Under the pieces are notes generated by a model. It did not search any database. It worked only from the letters and a program-made list of their open reading frames with translations, and was not told the origin of the DNA. A stretch of DNA of 38,458 nucleotides from Thelocarpon superellum (lineage: Eukaryota). Shown here in pieces: positions 35,436-38,458 of the stretch; the stretch's first letter is position 1; each line of letters starts with the position of its first letter. The translations under genes and the position numbers were made by a program. The stretch lies in assembly GCA_026025795.1 (NCBI GenBank), contig JAPEUG010000136.1, forward strand, positions 1 through 38,458, read 5' to 3'.

Positions 35436-37325
35436 GTTTGAGGAGACTGATCATGATTGAGAGCCTCATCCAGAGAATCATTGAAGATTGAAGATTGGTG
35501 ATTGCATGTTCACCAACATCGAGAGTCACCAATCATGTCCGACATCTGCCTTCGTGGGGCCGGTAGGAGCATTTGGCCCAGGTAGACGAAGGGCCGCCGA
35601 CCGGAAAGTCGGTGGCGCCTGACGAGCCTCCAGCCGCCGCAGCCGTAGCGGGCGACTGGGGAGTCCGCCAGCTCTCCGTGCCCAAGCGAGAGCTAAATGC
35701 GTGGCGGCTCCCTGGACAAATGGCGGGCACTAGTGTGCGCTCACCTCTAGGGCGCAGACGGACGACTCTTAGGTTATCATGACCACACTAGCGCAGCTAA
35801 TCGGAGCTCCCCTGTTTACTCGTAGAGAGTAGATATCCGGAGCATTCCCTCTCGTACAAGCAGCAGCATAGACAGTTTTAGGAGCAGGAGACCCCTCAAG
35901 GCACCAAGAGTGAATGGTATCCAACATTCGGCGAGAGCGTGTACAAACTTTTGCCTGTCATTTGTTGGACACCAACCAGACACGAGTCTGCGAAGTCATT
36001 CATGCAAAAGTACGATTGAATTGCACCTTCTCCTTGCACCTTGAACGGCACTTTGTGCCACTCAAAACACTTAGGCCTTCATATGACTGGCCTGTCGAAG
36101 TGGCCGCCATCTCACCGCGCTTCACAGCTGCGGCGGAATGTCCTCTCAGCCTTGTCAAGCCCACGACCTTCCACCGCTACAATCTCGTCCCGTTGAAACC
36201 TCGGCCCACAGTGGCCTACCACGAGGAAGGAATACCTAGTGCCGCAGCCAGCGTCACTGCTTTCATCCAGATCTCCAGGAAGGCGTCGTGTTTAAGCTGT
36301 GACTATTACTCGGTGGTTAAGCGGCGGGTCAGCCGGTGCGTGCAAGAGCAGAGCAAAGTGGAAGAATGGAGAGAGCTCCAATACTGTTGCCATGGGGTGT
36401 GGAAGAAGCGCGATGATGACGCCGGCTTGGACGAATCTGACGACGAATCTACCGACGACGGTGATATCGACGACGGCGACAGGCGGTACAGCAGCGCCTC
36501 ACAGCGCGGCGAAGCGCCGACGTGGCTCTACCGAGATGGCGGGCACAGAGGACCTTGGCCATGCCTCCGGGACCGGGCGCGTCGGGGCTCGTTAGATGCA
36601 AAGACCAGACTTGATTGGGTGAAAGCCCAAGTCCGCAGCGGTGATGGTGGAGCTGCACTCCAGAGTCACACCAGCGGTATGTGAACGCGTGACCGCCACT
36701 GAGTTGGAGCACGCGAAAAACCTTGGCCGCGATCGAGTTCTCCTAGTGCCGGTCGTGTTCTGGCACCGGGTGAGAGGATTGTGGAGTCGATGCCCGTGGC
36801 AGATGATCGCCGAAGTGCCACGCCAACAGATATTGCAACATCGACATTGAGGGCCGGCGATGCGGGGGCCGGCGATGCGACGGACGTCGAGACCAGGCAG
36901 GACCGTGCCCGCAACGGCAATGGGGGCCGGTCAAACAAGATAAAGGCACCGGTGCAGACGCCGTTTCGCCGGAGCAGACGGGTGGGGGGGGAGACGAAGC
37001 AGAAGCTCGAGATGGGACGGACGTCGAGGGACAGAAGGGGCAGACACAGAGGCAGCAGATGTGGCCAGCTGGGAAGCAGTGAAAACGCCGGCTTGGTCGT
37101 CAGATGTGCGTGAGGGAGGAGCGGGCGCAGGAGCAGACCCTCGGTCAGCCAACGTCCTGTGGGACCATTTAGTGGATAGCCATCGAGCATCGGGATGAAG
37201 TCGGGGTGGGTTTTCGGGAAGCAAGGCAATACTAGTGGCATAGTCCATCATCGTCATTAGCAAAGTGCTCTGCCGTCTCTATTGATGAACATTGGTCCTT
37301 TCCGAAGCTTGGGAGCAGTCCCGAG

Positions 37326-37453
37326 GTACAAGCACGGGTAAGTACAAGCACGGGTAAGTACAAGCACGGGTAAGTACAAGCATGGGAAAGTCCGAGCACG
37401 GGAAAGTACAAGCACGGAAAAGTACGAGCATGGGAAAGTCCGAGCACGGGAGT
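37326..37453. repeat. Minisatellite, 8 x 16 bp (consensus GTACAAGCACGGGWAA)
   Basis: Three identical GTACAAGCACGGGTAA units followed by five variants (GTACAAGCATGGGAAA, GTCCGAGCACGGGAAA, GTACAAGCACGGAAAA, GTACGAGCATGGGAAA, GTCCGAGCACGGGAGT). Confidence 0.95.
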
Positions 37454-38065
37454 GGTCATTGCTGACCGGTCAGACAGACCAGCCGTAGCGGATCAGCACT
37501 TCCGACAGAGAGTTAGCTGAAGGTCAGTTGAGAAGTAGCTGGCTTCTAGAATCAACCTGGCTTGAGAAGTGCACGGTGGGGCGACCTGCTGGAGCCGCTG
37601 TCTTTCGCGTGAGTGGAGAGGGGACAAGCACTCGTCGACAGCAACCACAAAGAATCATCTTGACTCCCTCTGACCTTCTTTGTGCACGGCAGACGGACGA
37701 GTGCTACTCGTGGGGGAATGTGGCGGTGAGCGTGAGCATGATGACCGTCGACGTTAGTAGCACAGTCAGTGGCACGGCCGTTGGGATGTTCACGTCATCC
37801 GTAGGCGTGTAAGCGAGCTCGACCGGCTTCAGACACTACCCGTGCAATGAGCCACCGCCGCTCCTGATTCATCGAGAGGACGGAGGGATCTTCACATCCG
37901 GCATGAGGTCCTCTTCAAAGACATGCTCATGGTCGAGAAGGCAACACCCACGCGGTCAGCGTAAGAGTACGGCGTGCTTACTAAGGACCAGCTGGGTTTC
38001 TAAGAGATTCGTGTTTCCTACGTCCGCAGTGTTTCGTACTTCACAAGTCCTCACGGTGGCTAAGG

Positions 38066-38458
38066 ATGGGGAAATCGTCCAAGGACAAGCGGGACGCATA
38101 TTACCGATTGGCCAAGGAGCAAGGATGGCGCGCTCGGAGTGCCTTCAAGCTGCTCCAGCTGGACGAAGAGTTCCAGCTGTTGCACGGCGTGACCCGCGTC
38201 GTCGACCTCTGCGCCGCCCCCGGCAGCTGGAGCCAGGTGCTGTCACGCGTCCTCATCCAAGGCGATCGCCCGGGCGGCCGCGCCGGATGGGATCGGCAGC
38301 AGGCCTTGGCGCGCGCCAGGATTTTCGGCGATAAGGCGCCTGGCTCACAGGGGCTGGGCCCGGAATCCCATCCGGCGCCCGTGGGGTTGGCACGGCCGGA
38401 GCTACCGCCCAGCGACGGCCGAGGGGGACCGGGCGGAGCAGAGGAAGCGGTCAAGATC
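38066..38458 (+). CDS. TRM7: tRNA (C32/N34)-2'-O-methyltransferase Trm7 (FtsJ/RrmJ family), 5' part only; runs off the window
   Basis: ATG 38066: [64 protein letters not shown]..., the characteristic Trm7/FTSJ1 N-terminus with the SAM-binding DLCAAPGSW motif. Confidence 0.93.
   Translation, partial: MGKSSKDKRDAYYRLAKEQGWRARSAFKLLQLDEEFQLLHGVTRVVDLCAAPGSWSQVLSRVLIQGDRPGGRAGWDRQQALARARIFGDKAPGSQGLGPESHPAPVGLARPELPPSDGRGGPGGAEEAVKI

Noticed and set aside
37326..37453. CRISPR-like or telomeric array
   Set aside because: Units are contiguous with no unique spacers, the context is eukaryotic, and the unit is not TTAGGG-like or terminal.

Overview
Compact, GC-rich fungal (Pezizomycotina-type ascomycete) genomic DNA with short GT-AG introns (mostly 45-75 nt) and CTRAY-type branch points, so the ORF track fragments most genes. 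I built spliced models by hand. Left to right: a secreted Egh16/GAS1-like protein with an Ala/Gly/Pro tandem repeat (3' end outside the window); branched-chain 2-oxoacid dehydrogenase E1-beta; an orphan 6-exon secreted protein with two diverged internal domains, not visible as a single ORF; a CNNM/Mam3-type DUF21-CBS protein; TAPT1/Emp65 (DUF747); Dug2 (WD40 + M20 peptidase-like); an uncharacterised protein; a cytochrome P450; a type-2 asparaginase/isoaspartyl peptidase; an Mx-like dynamin GTPase; importin-4/Kap123, hosting an intronic box C/D snoRNA (snR71-like); the DEAD-box helicase Mak5; a 16-bp minisatellite; and the 5' part of Trm7. The most notable items are the orphan two-domain secreted protein with matched LSRR sites, the intronic snoRNA, the NLS-bearing dynamin-like protein and a perfect double E-box palindrome in the EMP65/DUG2 divergent promoter. 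Family assignments come from motifs recognised from memory; no database searches were run.
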